Source of the DNA: Hyalangium minutum
GTDB lineage: Bacteria; Myxococcota; Myxococcia; Myxococcales; Myxococcaceae
Assembly (NCBI RefSeq): GCF_000737315.1
Contig: NZ_JMCB01000006.1
Span: forward strand, 82,001-144,000
DNA length: 62,000 nt
Direction of reading: 5' to 3'
Shown here one piece after another: positions 18,246-27,801 of this stretch (positions are counted from its first letter, which is position 1; every line of letters begins with the position of its first letter). A program made the position numbers and the translations under genes. The notes under the pieces are model-generated. The model ran no database searches and was not told the DNA's origin. It was given only the letters and a program-made list of their open reading frames with translations.

Positions 18246-19199
18246 TCAGCGCACCGGCGTCTCGCTGATCAGCAGCGTCTTCGTGGAGAAGCTCCTGGCG
18301 CAGGTGGAGACCTGCCGCTCACCGCACTGGATCGGGGTGGTGGCGCGCGTCTGCGAGCTGAAGCAGCTGGCGCCCTCCGCAGTCCACTCGGCCTCCCCCA
18401 CCCAGCTCTCCGTGTCGCTCTGGACGCCCAGCGAGTCGTAGAGGTTGATGAGGTTGCCGTTCACCGTGTACGAGGAGCCGTTGCCGCAGAAGTCCGCGCG
18501 CACCATGCGGGTGCACGCCTGGTGGTGATCCTCCAGGCTCACCCCGTTCACCGAGCGCCACGGCGCGTAGCCGAAGCGCACGCACTTGGCGAGCGCCGCG
18601 CCCTCGCACGCGAAGGTGAAGGAGTTGGCGTCGTAGATCTTCCGGCCGCCCCCGCTCACGCCCTCGCGGTAGTCCCAGCGGTTCTCCAGAGCAATGGCGC
18701 CGGTGGCCGAGCCATCCGCGTTGGTGCAGATGGGGTACCACTGGCCATCCCCCGTGTTCTGGTACGACACCCGGTAGCTCCAGACATCCTGGTTGGCGCC
18801 CTCGCCCTGGATCATGTCCTCGATGCGCAGCGTCAAGATCGTGCCATCCTGCAGCACCCCCGTGAAGCGCGTCTGCAGGAAGTCCTTGCCGGACAGCTCC
18901 TGCGTGCCGGACAGGCCGTGGAAGGTGGAGCCCTCGAGCCACACATTGCTGAGCGGCAGGCTCATGCCCTCGCGCTGGGCGCCCGCGTAACGCACCGCAA
19001 CAAGCTTCGATCCCAGCGCCGTCCCGTTGACCTCCCGTCCATTGATCTCCCGGCCGTTGATTTCCCGGCCATTGTCAGTCACCAGACTGTGTGCGGACGA
19101 CTCCAGCGCGGGCGCAAGCGCGTCCCCGGCATCCGCGGTCCCACACCCCATCGCCCCACCGGCCAGAATCGCCGCCACCACCACGAACCGGACACCCAT
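18246..19199 (-). CDS. ADYC-domain lipoprotein with N-terminal pentapeptide repeats
   Basis: Signal peptide ending GAMGC, (NGREI/V)x3 repeats, and a Cys-rich domain with FTFACEGAALAKCVRFGY, HQACTRMVRADFCG and EAEWTAEGASC. Confidence 0.8.
   Translation of the reverse strand: MGVRFVVVAAILAGGAMGCGTADAGDALAPALESSAHSLVTDNGREINGREINGREVNGTALGSKLVAVRYAGAQREGMSLPLSNVWLEGSTFHGLSGTQELSGKDFLQTRFTGVLQDGTILTLRIEDMIQGEGANQDVWSYRVSYQNTGDGQWYPICTNADGSATGAIALENRWDYREGVSGGGRKIYDANSFTFACEGAALAKCVRFGYAPWRSVNGVSLEDHHQACTRMVRADFCGNGSSYTVNGNLINLYDSLGVQSDTESWVGEAEWTAEGASCFSSQTRATTPIQCGERQVSTCARSFSTKTLLISETPVR
19023..19073 (-). repeat. 15-nt tandem coding repeat (NGREI NGREI NGREV NG)
   Basis: Three imperfect 15-nt units seen directly in the sequence. 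Confidence 0.85.
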
Positions 19200-19418
19200 A
19201 CGCCACCTCCGCATCCACCTTCTTCGGATGCACCGGAGGGTGTGCAGCGGGGGGTGGGCGGGCAAGGTGAGGACAGTGCCTCAGGCACTTGCAGCGTTGA
19301 TTCCTGGGCCCCCAAAGTGGCCGTGAGCACAGAGGAAGTGGGTTTTGTGTCCTCCGGTGAGCAGCGTGTCTCAAAGATGAGAAGAGGATGGGAAGAGGCC
19401 CCCCACCCTTAATTCCCG

Positions 19419-22400
19419 CTATTTCCCAGAAGGCGGTGTTGCGCAGACGCGCAGGCCCACCGTGAGATCCCGGAGCGAGGCATCGGAGGAGTCCCGATTG
19501 GCGGAGCGGGCGGTGTTGGGGCCGTAGTAGTAGCTGCCCCCGCGCGCGACCGGCTTGGTGGAGTCCCACCAGTTGCGCGTCCACTCCCACGCATTGCCCG
19601 CCATGTCCTCCACCCCGAAGGGGCTGGCGGACCGAGGGTAGGTGCCCACCTCGTCCGGGCCAAAGCCGCCGGAGCGCTGGCCGTAGGTGCTGTCGATGTT
19701 GGCGTCATCCACCTCGAGCTTGGGGCCGTGAGGGTATTCGCGCCCGTCCACGCCTCGGGCGGCGCGCTCCCACTCCAACTCCGTGCACAGCCGGGCCCCC
19801 GGCACCCCGCCCTGCGAGAGGGGCCGCCGGGCCAGCCAGGCGACATATGCCTCCGCGTCCGTGAGGTTGATGCCGGTGACAGGCATGCGCAGCCAGTCCT
19901 GCTCGGCCCGCTGGGTGCGTTCGGCGTAGCGCAGCTTCGCGCCCTCGCGGACCACGTACTCCGGGGAGCCCGGGCTGGGCTTCAGGTGCAGCACCCACGT
20001 CCCCTGCACCCGCTCCAGCTTCAGCTGGCCGACCGAGTCCTTCACTCCCGGCGTCCGGCGGATGCGCTCCTCTTCGGGCAGCTCCTCCAGGAAGGCCAGC
20101 CACTGCTGGTAGGTCGTCTCATGGCGGGCAATGAGGAAGCCCGCCGTGGAGCGCTCGTGGAGGGGCACTGTCTTCAAGAAGTCGCGCATGGCGTCCACGG
20201 AACTGCCAAAGCGCAGGGGCCCTGGAGGCACGTAGATGAAGTCCTGGGGGAGCGTCCCTTCCGGCAAGAGCGGCAGCTTGAGCAGCCGCTTCTCGCCCCG
20301 CGTGAGCTGCAAGGGCATGGAGGCAGGCACATGGCCCGGAGCGCGTGCCGTCAGCTGGTACAGGCCGGGTAGCACCGGCGTGCCCTTCCAGGTCCCGGAG
20401 GTGAACCGGACCGGTGTCCTGGGCTCCTCGTCGAGATCCGCGTCATCCGCCAGCGGCAGGAGCTCCACCTCGGCCCCGGGTGCCTCCACCTCCAGCGTGA
20501 CGAGCGCGGGAGCGGTCCACCGGCTCCACCGCTGCTCGTCCACGTCATAGAGGCGCAAGCGCTGCAGCAACGCGGGCAGCGTGGCCAGCTCTCCCTCCTG
20601 CTCGGCGAGGAGCGCGCGCTCGTAGAGGTAGTCCGCCAGCGCCTCCCTCACGATGCCCCGGTCAGGTGCCAGCACCAGCGCGCGCTCCAGCCCGTAGGCC
20701 ACGGCGTTGAAGTGCTGGCGGACCTGGGCACTGCGGCTCGCGGCGTGCGTCCACGCGGCTTCCCCTTCGGCCTTGAGGCCCGCCCCGTACCGCTGGAAGG
20801 CTTCCGCGCGCTCGACCACCAACGCCTCGCGCTCGCCGCGAGCCTGCTCCAGGCCCCGCGTGGACTCGGCCAGCAGCGTGCGAACCTGCTCCTCGAGCTG
20901 CATGCGCTCGCGAAGCCGGCCGCTGCCATACACGAGCCCCAGCAGCAGCAAGAAGCCCGCGGCCAGGGCGCGCCGGGCCCTGCGGCTGCGCACCACCGTG
21001 CGGCGGGACTCCTCCAGGAACTCCTGCTCCCGGCGCGTCAGCTCGCCCGGGTCCAGCACCGCCGTCTCGGCCAGCTGCCGGGAGCCCCAGAGCACGTCGC
21101 GCGTGTGCCCCAGCCGCTCCCACTGCGCGGCGGACGACTCCAGCCGGGCCTGCACCTCGCGGCGCTCGGCGGCCTCGGCCAGCCAGCGGGCCAGCGTCTT
21201 CCAGCCGGTGACGAGCGCCTCGTGCGCCACTTCATAGGAGGTGCCGTCCTCCGCCTCGCGGGCCACCAGCAGGCGCGCGCGCACCAGCGCCTCCAGCGCC
21301 GCGCGGTAACGAGGATCCGCGCCCACCAGCTCCCGGTCCGTCTTCCGGGCGCGCGTGCCGTCGGCGGTGATGAGGCGCAGCAGCACCCCACGCGCGGCCA
21401 CCCGCTGATCCGGGAGCAGGCTGTCCACGGCCGCATCCGCGTGCTTCGCCAGCGCGCCCGACACGCCGCCCAGCCCGTCCAACGCGGCCTGGGTGATCAC
21501 CTCGGCGGCCTTGTCGCGCGCCTCCCACAGCTCAGCGAGGGCGAACTGGAGCAGCGGCAGCCCGCCCTCGGTGGCGGCGGTGGCGGCCACCAGCGTGTCC
21601 ACCAGCGCCTCGGACTCGAAGCGCACGCCCTTCACGCGCGCCGGGCCGACGATGGCCTCGCGCATCTCCTCGGGCGTCAGCGCGCGCAGCAGGTAGAGCG
21701 CCCGCGGCAGCTCGGCACCGAGCCCCGGCACCGCCGTGAGCCGCGTGAGGAAGTCACTGCGGCCCGTGGCCAGCAGCCGTACGCCCGTCACGCCCTCGGC
21801 CAGCTCGCCCAGCGCGAGGCCCGCCTGCGCGGCCTCCTCGGGCACGGAGAGCGTCACCAACTCCTCGAGCTGATCCATATAAAGGATGAGCCCGTCCTTG
21901 GCGCCCAGCTTCGCGCGCAGCCGCCGTGCCAGCTGCGTCGGCTCCGTGTGGAGCAACTGGGCCAGGGGCTCCTCCTCCATCTCCAGCACGGGGGCGAGCG
22001 CCGCGGCGAGCGCGGCCACGGGGCGGCGGCCCGGCACCAGGCGCGCGCTCTTCCACTTCCGGCCGTCCTCCAGCACCCCCTCCGCGATGAGGGGGATGAC
22101 GCCGGCCAGACACAGCGAGGACTTGCCCACGCCCGAGTCGCCGGTGATGAGCAGGAAGGGCTCTCCCTTGAGGCGCTCGATGACCGCGCGCTGCTCGCGC
22201 CGGCGGCCGAAGAAGAGGGCGCGGTGCTCGGCCTCGAAGGCCTGCAGGCCGCGGAACGGGTTGCCCTCGGGGATGGCGCCAGCAGAGAGTTCGTCCCGGC
22301 CGACCTGCTCCAGCGCGTCGAGCATCGCCGCGGCCGAGGAGTAGCGCTCCGAGGGCTCCCGGCGCAGGCAGCGCTCGATGACGGCGGCGAGGTTCGGATC

Positions 22401-23243
22401 CACGCCGGTCGCGGCCTCGGCGAGGGGACGCGCGTCCCGGCTGCGGACCTCCTCGGACAGCTCGCGCCAGGGCACGTCGCGGAAGGGGCCCTTGCCCGAG
22501 ACCAGCTCGTAGAGCACGAGGCCCAGCGAGTACACGTCGCTGCGCGCCGTGAGGTCCTCGCCGGCCCACGCCTCCGGGGACATGTAATAGGGCGTGCCCA
22601 CCAGCGCGCCGCGAGGGAGCGAGGGGAGGAACACGCCGTCCAGCGAGCGGGCGCCGAAGCCCGGGCTGGCGTCCGGGTCGAGCTCGGCGGGCAGCTCGGG
22701 CGGAGTGGGCGGTCGGCTCGGGCTCTTGCCGGGCTCGGCGGCGGAGGAATCCAGCAGCTTGGCCAGACCGAAGTCGAGCAGCTTCACCTCGCCGCTCTCG
22801 GTGAGCACGGCGTTGCCGGGCTTGATGTCGCGGTGGAGTACGCCGCGGCGGTGGGCGGCGCTCAGTCCTCGCGCCAGGTCCTTGCCGATGGAGAGGGCCC
22901 GCTCCCCAGACACGGGCTTGGCGAGCCGGTCCAGGCTGACGCCGCGGATGAACTCGGAGATGAGGTACGGCTGCTCCTCGAGCTGCCCCACGCGGTAGAG
23001 GGTGACGACGTTGGGGTGCTGGATGCGGGCAGCGGCCCGGGCCTCCACGAGGAAGTGGGACAGGGCGTTGGGGCCGAGGGCGGGGATGAACTTCACCGCC
23101 ACGGGGCGCTCGAGCAGCGTGTCGTGGGCCAGATACACCCGCCCCGTCCGCCCACGGCCAATGAGCCGGATCAGACGGTACTCGTCGAACTCCTGGGGAG
23201 GAGTCCACGCATCCGGGGGCGGAGAGGAGGCGGGAGAGGCCAC
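19419..23243 (-). CDS. Ser/Thr protein kinase - STAND NTPase (nSTAND1-like) - TM - PEGA-like - FGE/SUMF1-like multidomain receptor
   Basis: Kinase motifs VAVK, HRDIKPGN, DFG and GTPYYMSPE. NPFRGLQAF...FFGR, Walker A GDSGVGKSS, Walker B LYMDQLEEL, GGLPLLQFAL and YEVAHEAL. One TM segment (LAAGFLLLLGLVYG). FGE-like motifs RLCTELEWERAARG, DMAGNAWEW and RGGS. Confidence 0.9.
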   Translation of the reverse strand: MASPASSPPPDAWTPPQEFDEYRLIRLIGRGRTGRVYLAHDTLLERPVAVKFIPALGPNALSHFLVEARAAARIQHPNVVTLYRVGQLEEQPYLISEFIRGVSLDRLAKPVSGERALSIGKDLARGLSAAHRRGVLHRDIKPGNAVLTESGEVKLLDFGLAKLLDSSAAEPGKSPSRPPTPPELPAELDPDASPGFGARSLDGVFLPSLPRGALVGTPYYMSPEAWAGEDLTARSDVYSLGLVLYELVSGKGPFRDVPWRELSEEVRSRDARPLAEAATGVDPNLAAVIERCLRREPSERYSSAAAMLDALEQVGRDELSAGAIPEGNPFRGLQAFEAEHRALFFGRRREQRAVIERLKGEPFLLITGDSGVGKSSLCLAGVIPLIAEGVLEDGRKWKSARLVPGRRPVAALAAALAPVLEMEEEPLAQLLHTEPTQLARRLRAKLGAKDGLILYMDQLEELVTLSVPEEAAQAGLALGELAEGVTGVRLLATGRSDFLTRLTAVPGLGAELPRALYLLRALTPEEMREAIVGPARVKGVRFESEALVDTLVAATAATEGGLPLLQFALAELWEARDKAAEVITQAALDGLGGVSGALAKHADAAVDSLLPDQRVAARGVLLRLITADGTRARKTDRELVGADPRYRAALEALVRARLLVAREAEDGTSYEVAHEALVTGWKTLARWLAEAAERREVQARLESSAAQWERLGHTRDVLWGSRQLAETAVLDPGELTRREQEFLEESRRTVVRSRRARRALAAGFLLLLGLVYGSGRLRERMQLEEQVRTLLAESTRGLEQARGEREALVVERAEAFQRYGAGLKAEGEAAWTHAASRSAQVRQHFNAVAYGLERALVLAPDRGIVREALADYLYERALLAEQEGELATLPALLQRLRLYDVDEQRWSRWTAPALVTLEVEAPGAEVELLPLADDADLDEEPRTPVRFTSGTWKGTPVLPGLYQLTARAPGHVPASMPLQLTRGEKRLLKLPLLPEGTLPQDFIYVPPGPLRFGSSVDAMRDFLKTVPLHERSTAGFLIARHETTYQQWLAFLEELPEEERIRRTPGVKDSVGQLKLERVQGTWVLHLKPSPGSPEYVVREGAKLRYAERTQRAEQDWLRMPVTGINLTDAEAYVAWLARRPLSQGGVPGARLCTELEWERAARGVDGREYPHGPKLEVDDANIDSTYGQRSGGFGPDEVGTYPRSASPFGVEDMAGNAWEWTRNWWDSTKPVARGGSYYYGPNTARSANRDSSDASLRDLTVGLRVCATPPSGK

Positions 23244-23309
23244 GGTGGGTGCCTACGTGCCCGGACCTCGGCGATCAAGCCGTCCCGGGAGTCCGTACAC
23301 GCGAGGGGG

Positions 23310-23762
23310 CTAGGGCTTGTCCTTTGCCTTGCTCGGCTTGAGCATGGTGCGGATCTTGTTTTCGAGGTCCTGTGGCAAACAGGGCTTGGCGACGAACTCG
23401 TCGGCGCCGGCGTCCTTGGCTTGGTTCTCGCTGCCGGCGAGCACGTGGCCGCTGAGGGCCATCACGGGGATGTCGCGGGTGCGGGAGTCTCCCTTGATGA
23501 GGCGGGTGGCCTCCCATCCGTCCATGACGGGCAGAGACAGGTCCATGAGGATGATGTCGGGCTCGGCGACCTGGGCCTTCTCCACGGCCTCGGCGCCGTT
23601 GCGAGCGGTCTCTACCTGGAAGCCCGCGAACTCGAGGTACTCCGCATACATCTCCCGGGCGTCATCGAAGTCATCGACGACGAGGACGCGCTTCTTCGAG
23701 GGTGCGGACTCGGCGCTTGCACCCGCCTCTGCTGGCGGAAGTTTGGGGGCCGATTGGCTCAT
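23310..23762 (-). CDS. Single-domain response regulator (CheY/DivK-like)
   Basis: VLVVDD, phospho-acceptor ILMDLSLPVMDG and FVAKP. Confidence 0.9.
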   Translation of the reverse strand: MSQSAPKLPPAEAGASAESAPSKKRVLVVDDFDDAREMYAEYLEFAGFQVETARNGAEAVEKAQVAEPDIILMDLSLPVMDGWEATRLIKGDSRTRDIPVMALSGHVLAGSENQAKDAGADEFVAKPCLPQDLENKIRTMLKPSKAKDKP

Positions 23763-24038
23763 GGCTCGGAGGGTCTCCAGCAAAAGAGGCGATAGGGCGA
23801 TCATTCTATACACAGACTGCACTCCGCGCCCTGCCCCCCCCACCCCCGGGGCGTACACCAGCGCGCGTTCGAAGTGTCCTGAAGACGACACCGCCCCCTC
23901 GGAGAGGTTCCAAGGAAGCAGTTCCGGGAGTCTCCCAGCGCGGACGCCCCGTCCACGGCGGCGGACGGTCAGCCATGGGCGCCGAGAGAGGCGAAGCCAC
24001 TAGGATGCGCGGCACACCTCCTGCACTTCACGAAGGGT

Positions 24039-25334
24039 ATGACCCCCTCTCAAGCCCTCTTTCTCTCGCTGTGCTTGTTGTCCTCCGCGTGTATCAGCCT
24101 GCCCGACATCGACGATTCGCTTCCTGGGCCAGATGGAGGCCCTCCCATCGATGGTGGCATAGACGGAGGAAACACGGATCAGACGCCTCCGACGCTCGTC
24201 CGCACCACACCGCCACATGGCTCGACCCGAGTGCCCGTCGACTCGACGGTGGAGCTCGAGTTCTCCGAAGCGATGGTGGAGAGCAGCTTGCAGCTCACCT
24301 CGGTGCCAACGGTGTCCTTCACATTGGAGTCCTGGGCCTCCGAGTCGAAGCGCGCCGTCTTCCGCCCCTCAGCGCCCCTGGCCCAGGATCAGCAATACGC
24401 GCTCACGGCCGAGGGCAAGGACCTGGCGGGCAACACCCTCACGGGTAGTCACAGCTTTGCCTTCACCACGGTGGGCCCTGCGCCGGACACCACACCTCCC
24501 ACCCTCGTCAGCACTTCGCCCACGAATCGAGCCTTGGCCCTTCCCAGAGACACCAAGATCAAGCTCACCTTCTCCGAACCAATGAATCGCGCATCGGTGG
24601 AACGGGCCTTTTCAATCGTATCGCCGATGGAGGCTCAGGCAGGGACTATGGCCTGGAACTCGACAGGCACAGTTGCCGAGTTCACTCCGGACACCTTGCT
24701 CCCCTACACTTCAACCGTCGCCTGGGAACTCTCGGCAGCAGCGACAGACCTCGTGGGAAACGCGCTGAGCCCAGCTTCATCGCTGTTCTACGTCGCCACT
24801 CAGCGGACCTACTCACTCACTCCAATGAATATTGGTAGTGAATCTCATCTATCAAGCACCACACCGGCCGCTCAGATCGTCCCCTGGAATATCGGGGACG
24901 ATGCATCAAACAGACCTCTCCAGGTATTTCTCTCTTTTCATCTGCAGCCTCTGTTCGACTCACAAGTGACCCGGATCCTCTCCGCCAGCCTGAGATGGCC
25001 TCATGTCGATCCTGGTATTTCCACTTTCGATTCCTTGGGCAGGTTCGCCGTAGACCTCGTGAGTTACCCCCCCTCGAACTCAAACGCTTTCACCACAGCC
25101 CCCATCGGGCAGCCTCTCTTCCTGACCTACCAGGATTTAGGCGGCGCCTCGGACATCACCACGGTCAATGTCACTCCCATGGTGCTGGACTCATGGGCGA
25201 ATCAGGCTTCCCGCTATGAACGCGCGCAGTTCAGGCTCAGCTTCGAATCCTGGACAGACCAGGACAGCACCCCCGACTTCCTTCAAGTCAATCCGTTTTA
25301 TCTCGTGCTGACAGTCACTTGCGAGCAACCGTAG
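24039..25334 (+). CDS. Lipoprotein with two bacterial Ig-like (Big_5/SbsA-type) domains and a divergent C-terminal domain
   Basis: Lipobox SSAC and two DxTPPTLV.T.P...V......L.FSE.M...D..GN.L repeats. Confidence 0.8.
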   Translation: MTPSQALFLSLCLLSSACISLPDIDDSLPGPDGGPPIDGGIDGGNTDQTPPTLVRTTPPHGSTRVPVDSTVELEFSEAMVESSLQLTSVPTVSFTLESWASESKRAVFRPSAPLAQDQQYALTAEGKDLAGNTLTGSHSFAFTTVGPAPDTTPPTLVSTSPTNRALALPRDTKIKLTFSEPMNRASVERAFSIVSPMEAQAGTMAWNSTGTVAEFTPDTLLPYTSTVAWELSAAATDLVGNALSPASSLFYVATQRTYSLTPMNIGSESHLSSTTPAAQIVPWNIGDDASNRPLQVFLSFHLQPLFDSQVTRILSASLRWPHVDPGISTFDSLGRFAVDLVSYPPSNSNAFTTAPIGQPLFLTYQDLGGASDITTVNVTPMVLDSWANQASRYERAQFRLSFESWTDQDSTPDFLQVNPFYLVLTVTCEQP

Positions 25335-25375
25335 GACGCGGGCCGCATCTCAGGCTGCCCCTGCCGCAGTGACAG

Positions 25376-25417
25376 AAAAAAAACGCCGCCCCCCCGGAAA
25401 GGCTCCGAGAGGGCGGC
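25376..25417 (-). terminator. Intrinsic terminator of the 25453-27108 gene
   Basis: On the minus strand: GCCGCCC...GGGCGGCG GC-rich hairpin followed by an 8-T tract. Confidence 0.75.
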
Positions 25418-25452
25418 AGGACTGCGTTCAGCCCGTGTTCAGCGCTGCGTCA

Positions 25453-27108
25453 TCACGGCGCAGCGACGGGCACGGCGATCGGGGTGATCAGCGAGCCGTT
25501 GACGGTGATGTCGGCCGTCTGAGCCACACCCCAGCCGGACTCATAGGCATCGACGCTCGGGGTCAGCTTGCTGAAGTGGATGAACAGGCTGGTGCCCGGC
25601 TGCAAGGAGACGAAGGTCGCCGAAGGCGTCGCCGGCGGCGAGTAGGTGAAGGAGAAGCGGGTGCTGTAGCCCGAGGTGTCGAACGGGAAGACCGGCTCCT
25701 CGGCGGGAGTCCGGGTCGCGATGGGCTTGGTGGGCTCCGCCATCTGCAGCGTGAAGCCAACGCCGGTGCTGCGGCCCGTGGACGGATCGCGCTCGCCCGT
25801 CGCGTCACCTATCTTGCCGCTCCCGTTGAGATCCAGTCCTACATAGACCTGCGCGTACTGGGTCTCGAGCAGCGGCGTCATCACCTGGTTGAAGTTCACG
25901 TACACGGTCTCGAGGCGGTCGATGAGGCCGTTGTTCGTGGTCACCTCCTGGAACCTCACGCTCTCGACGGCGATGGCCGGCGGGCTGCTCAGATCACCGC
26001 CGAAGAACGCCACCGTCGAACCGGTGGTGAAGGGAGCGCCGCCGGCGAGCGGCACGGCGCGGATATACAGGTTGTACTCGCGGCCTGCGGACAGCGCCTG
26101 GCCCGGCTTGATGGTCAGCACCGTGCCGCCACCCGTCACGTCCCTGGAGACGGCCAGGCTCTCCTTGCCGTACTCGTCCGTCAGCCCCACCACCACCGAG
26201 CTGGCCTGCACCGGCTGGTTGAAGACGATGTAGATACCGTCGGTCGGCTTGACCATGTTGTGCTGCGGCTTGGTCTGGAGGTTGCCGGGCTGCAGCGCCC
26301 CCAGGCTGCTGTACCTCACCGCCAGGGCTTCGCCCGGGCTATAGGCCGGAGGCAGCCGCTCCGTCTTCACCGTGCCCTGCCTCACCAGGTCCGTAGCCGG
26401 GTAGTTAATCACCAGTCCGCCCGCCTCGTAGATGCCGTCGCCGTTGGTGTCCAGCGCGTTGACCGACAGCAGGTAGCTGCCGCCCAGACGGGACAGCTCG
26501 ACCGGCGAAGGGACCTTATCAAAGGTGATGAGACCGTTGTTGTCCGACACCGCCTCCACCACCACGCGGCTCGTGGTCGACTCGGACAGGCCGAAGAGCA
26601 CGCGGCCCGCGGGGTTCACGTCCAGCGTGCCACGCGCATTCGCCGCAGGGCGGCCATCCGGCCCGAACAGGTAGAACTTCACCGAGCCATTCAGCTCCGA
26701 CAGCAGCACCGGGCCAAAGCTCGCGTTGCCGTTGTTGATGGGCACATTGCCCGCGGTGCTCGGGACCACCGAGGAGGCGCGCAGCGAGGCGAAGCCGTCC
26801 TTGCTGAACGTCAGCAGCACCTGGGCGCCGCCCGGCACATCCTTGAAGATGAAGTTGCCGCCGGCATCCGTCGTCACCGGAGCCACCGTCGCGCTGCCGA
26901 TCGTCATCGTGACGTTGACGCTCGCCAGCGGCTGCTGCTGGGTCGTCAGCACCTGGCCGGAGACCGTGCCCTTCGGCGTCGCAGGAACCACCACCGATAC
27001 GTTGTTCGGATCCTGGATACCGTCCGCAATTCCGTCACCGTTGGCGTCCTCGGCACCACCGCACCCGGCCATCAGAAACGGCACGAGGGCCATTGCCAGC
27101 TTCTTCAT
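25453..27108 (-). CDS. Lipoprotein with carboxypeptidase-regulatory-like and Ig-like domains and DxxGDG-type Ca-binding motifs
   Basis: MKKLAMALVPFLMAGC lipobox, GTVSGQV...TTDAGGNF, DANGDG, DTNGDG, DLNGSG and IVFNQPV Ig-like segment. Confidence 0.75.
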   Translation of the reverse strand: MKKLAMALVPFLMAGCGGAEDANGDGIADGIQDPNNVSVVVPATPKGTVSGQVLTTQQQPLASVNVTMTIGSATVAPVTTDAGGNFIFKDVPGGAQVLLTFSKDGFASLRASSVVPSTAGNVPINNGNASFGPVLLSELNGSVKFYLFGPDGRPAANARGTLDVNPAGRVLFGLSESTTSRVVVEAVSDNNGLITFDKVPSPVELSRLGGSYLLSVNALDTNGDGIYEAGGLVINYPATDLVRQGTVKTERLPPAYSPGEALAVRYSSLGALQPGNLQTKPQHNMVKPTDGIYIVFNQPVQASSVVVGLTDEYGKESLAVSRDVTGGGTVLTIKPGQALSAGREYNLYIRAVPLAGGAPFTTGSTVAFFGGDLSSPPAIAVESVRFQEVTTNNGLIDRLETVYVNFNQVMTPLLETQYAQVYVGLDLNGSGKIGDATGERDPSTGRSTGVGFTLQMAEPTKPIATRTPAEEPVFPFDTSGYSTRFSFTYSPPATPSATFVSLQPGTSLFIHFSKLTPSVDAYESGWGVAQTADITVNGSLITPIAVPVAAP

Positions 27109-27245
27109 CGTCCCCACCTTGAGAGTTTTCTGAGAAGTTCACGCCGCGACACAGGGCGGCGACGGGACACTCTCCGACTCGGGGGGCGGACGTCAAGAGA
27201 GTGACAGTCGGATCAACCCAGGACGTCCTGCTAGGGTTTACCCAC

Positions 27246-27695
27246 ATGTCCGACGTGAACGACCCTTGCCTGGGGTGCGCCGTGGTGAGCGGCGCCACCC
27301 GCCCCGTGGGAGGCATCCTCGCCCGCGCGCCCGGCCTGGTGCTCCATGGCGTGGCCGGCCCCAGCCCCGTGCCCGGCTGGGTGGTCATCTCCAGCGAGCG
27401 CCATGTGCGCGGCCTGTACGACTTGGACGAGCCCACCGCCCGGGAGCTGGGCGCCTTCGCGGCCCGGGTGATGCGTGCTCAGCGCCAAGCGCTCGGCGCC
27501 GCGCATGCCTACGCCTTCGCCATCGGCGACGTGCTGCGCCACTTCCACCTGCACCTCGTGCCCCGCTACCGGGACACGCCCCCCCACCTGTGGGGCCGGG
27601 CCGTCTTCGAGGCCTCCGCCCAGGAGCACCTCCCCGCCGAGCAGCTGGAGGCTGCGGCCCAGACCCTTGCCGCGGCGCTGGCCTCCGAGTCCTGA
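27246..27695 (+). CDS. HIT family hydrolase
   Basis: CxxC zinc motif (CLGC) and histidine triad HFHLHLVPR. Confidence 0.85.
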   Translation: MSDVNDPCLGCAVVSGATRPVGGILARAPGLVLHGVAGPSPVPGWVVISSERHVRGLYDLDEPTARELGAFAARVMRAQRQALGAAHAYAFAIGDVLRHFHLHLVPRYRDTPPHLWGRAVFEASAQEHLPAEQLEAAAQTLAAALASES

Positions 27696-27801
27696 GCCCC
27701 ACGGGCCGCCGCCTGCCTGCCCCCGCCCAAGTCCGGAGGCCAGGATTTCTCAGGGGCCCGTGGACCTCTCCCCTCGGGGTAGGGAGAATGCCGACTCTCC
27801 C

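Noticed and set aside
19419-20300. FGE domain as an active formylglycine-generating enzyme
   Set aside because: The catalytic Cys pair is not evident and no sulfatase gene is nearby; a non-catalytic SUMF1-like module is more likely.
20712-23795. 1027-aa + strand ORF
   Set aside because: Shadow of the kinase-STAND gene and the response regulator.
24010-24025. CGGCACACCTCCTGCA, a good sigma54-like match before the Ig-like lipoprotein
   Set aside because: The predicted TSS would fall about 3 nt before the ATG, excluding the apparent RBS; possible only if the mRNA is leaderless, so not listed as a feature.
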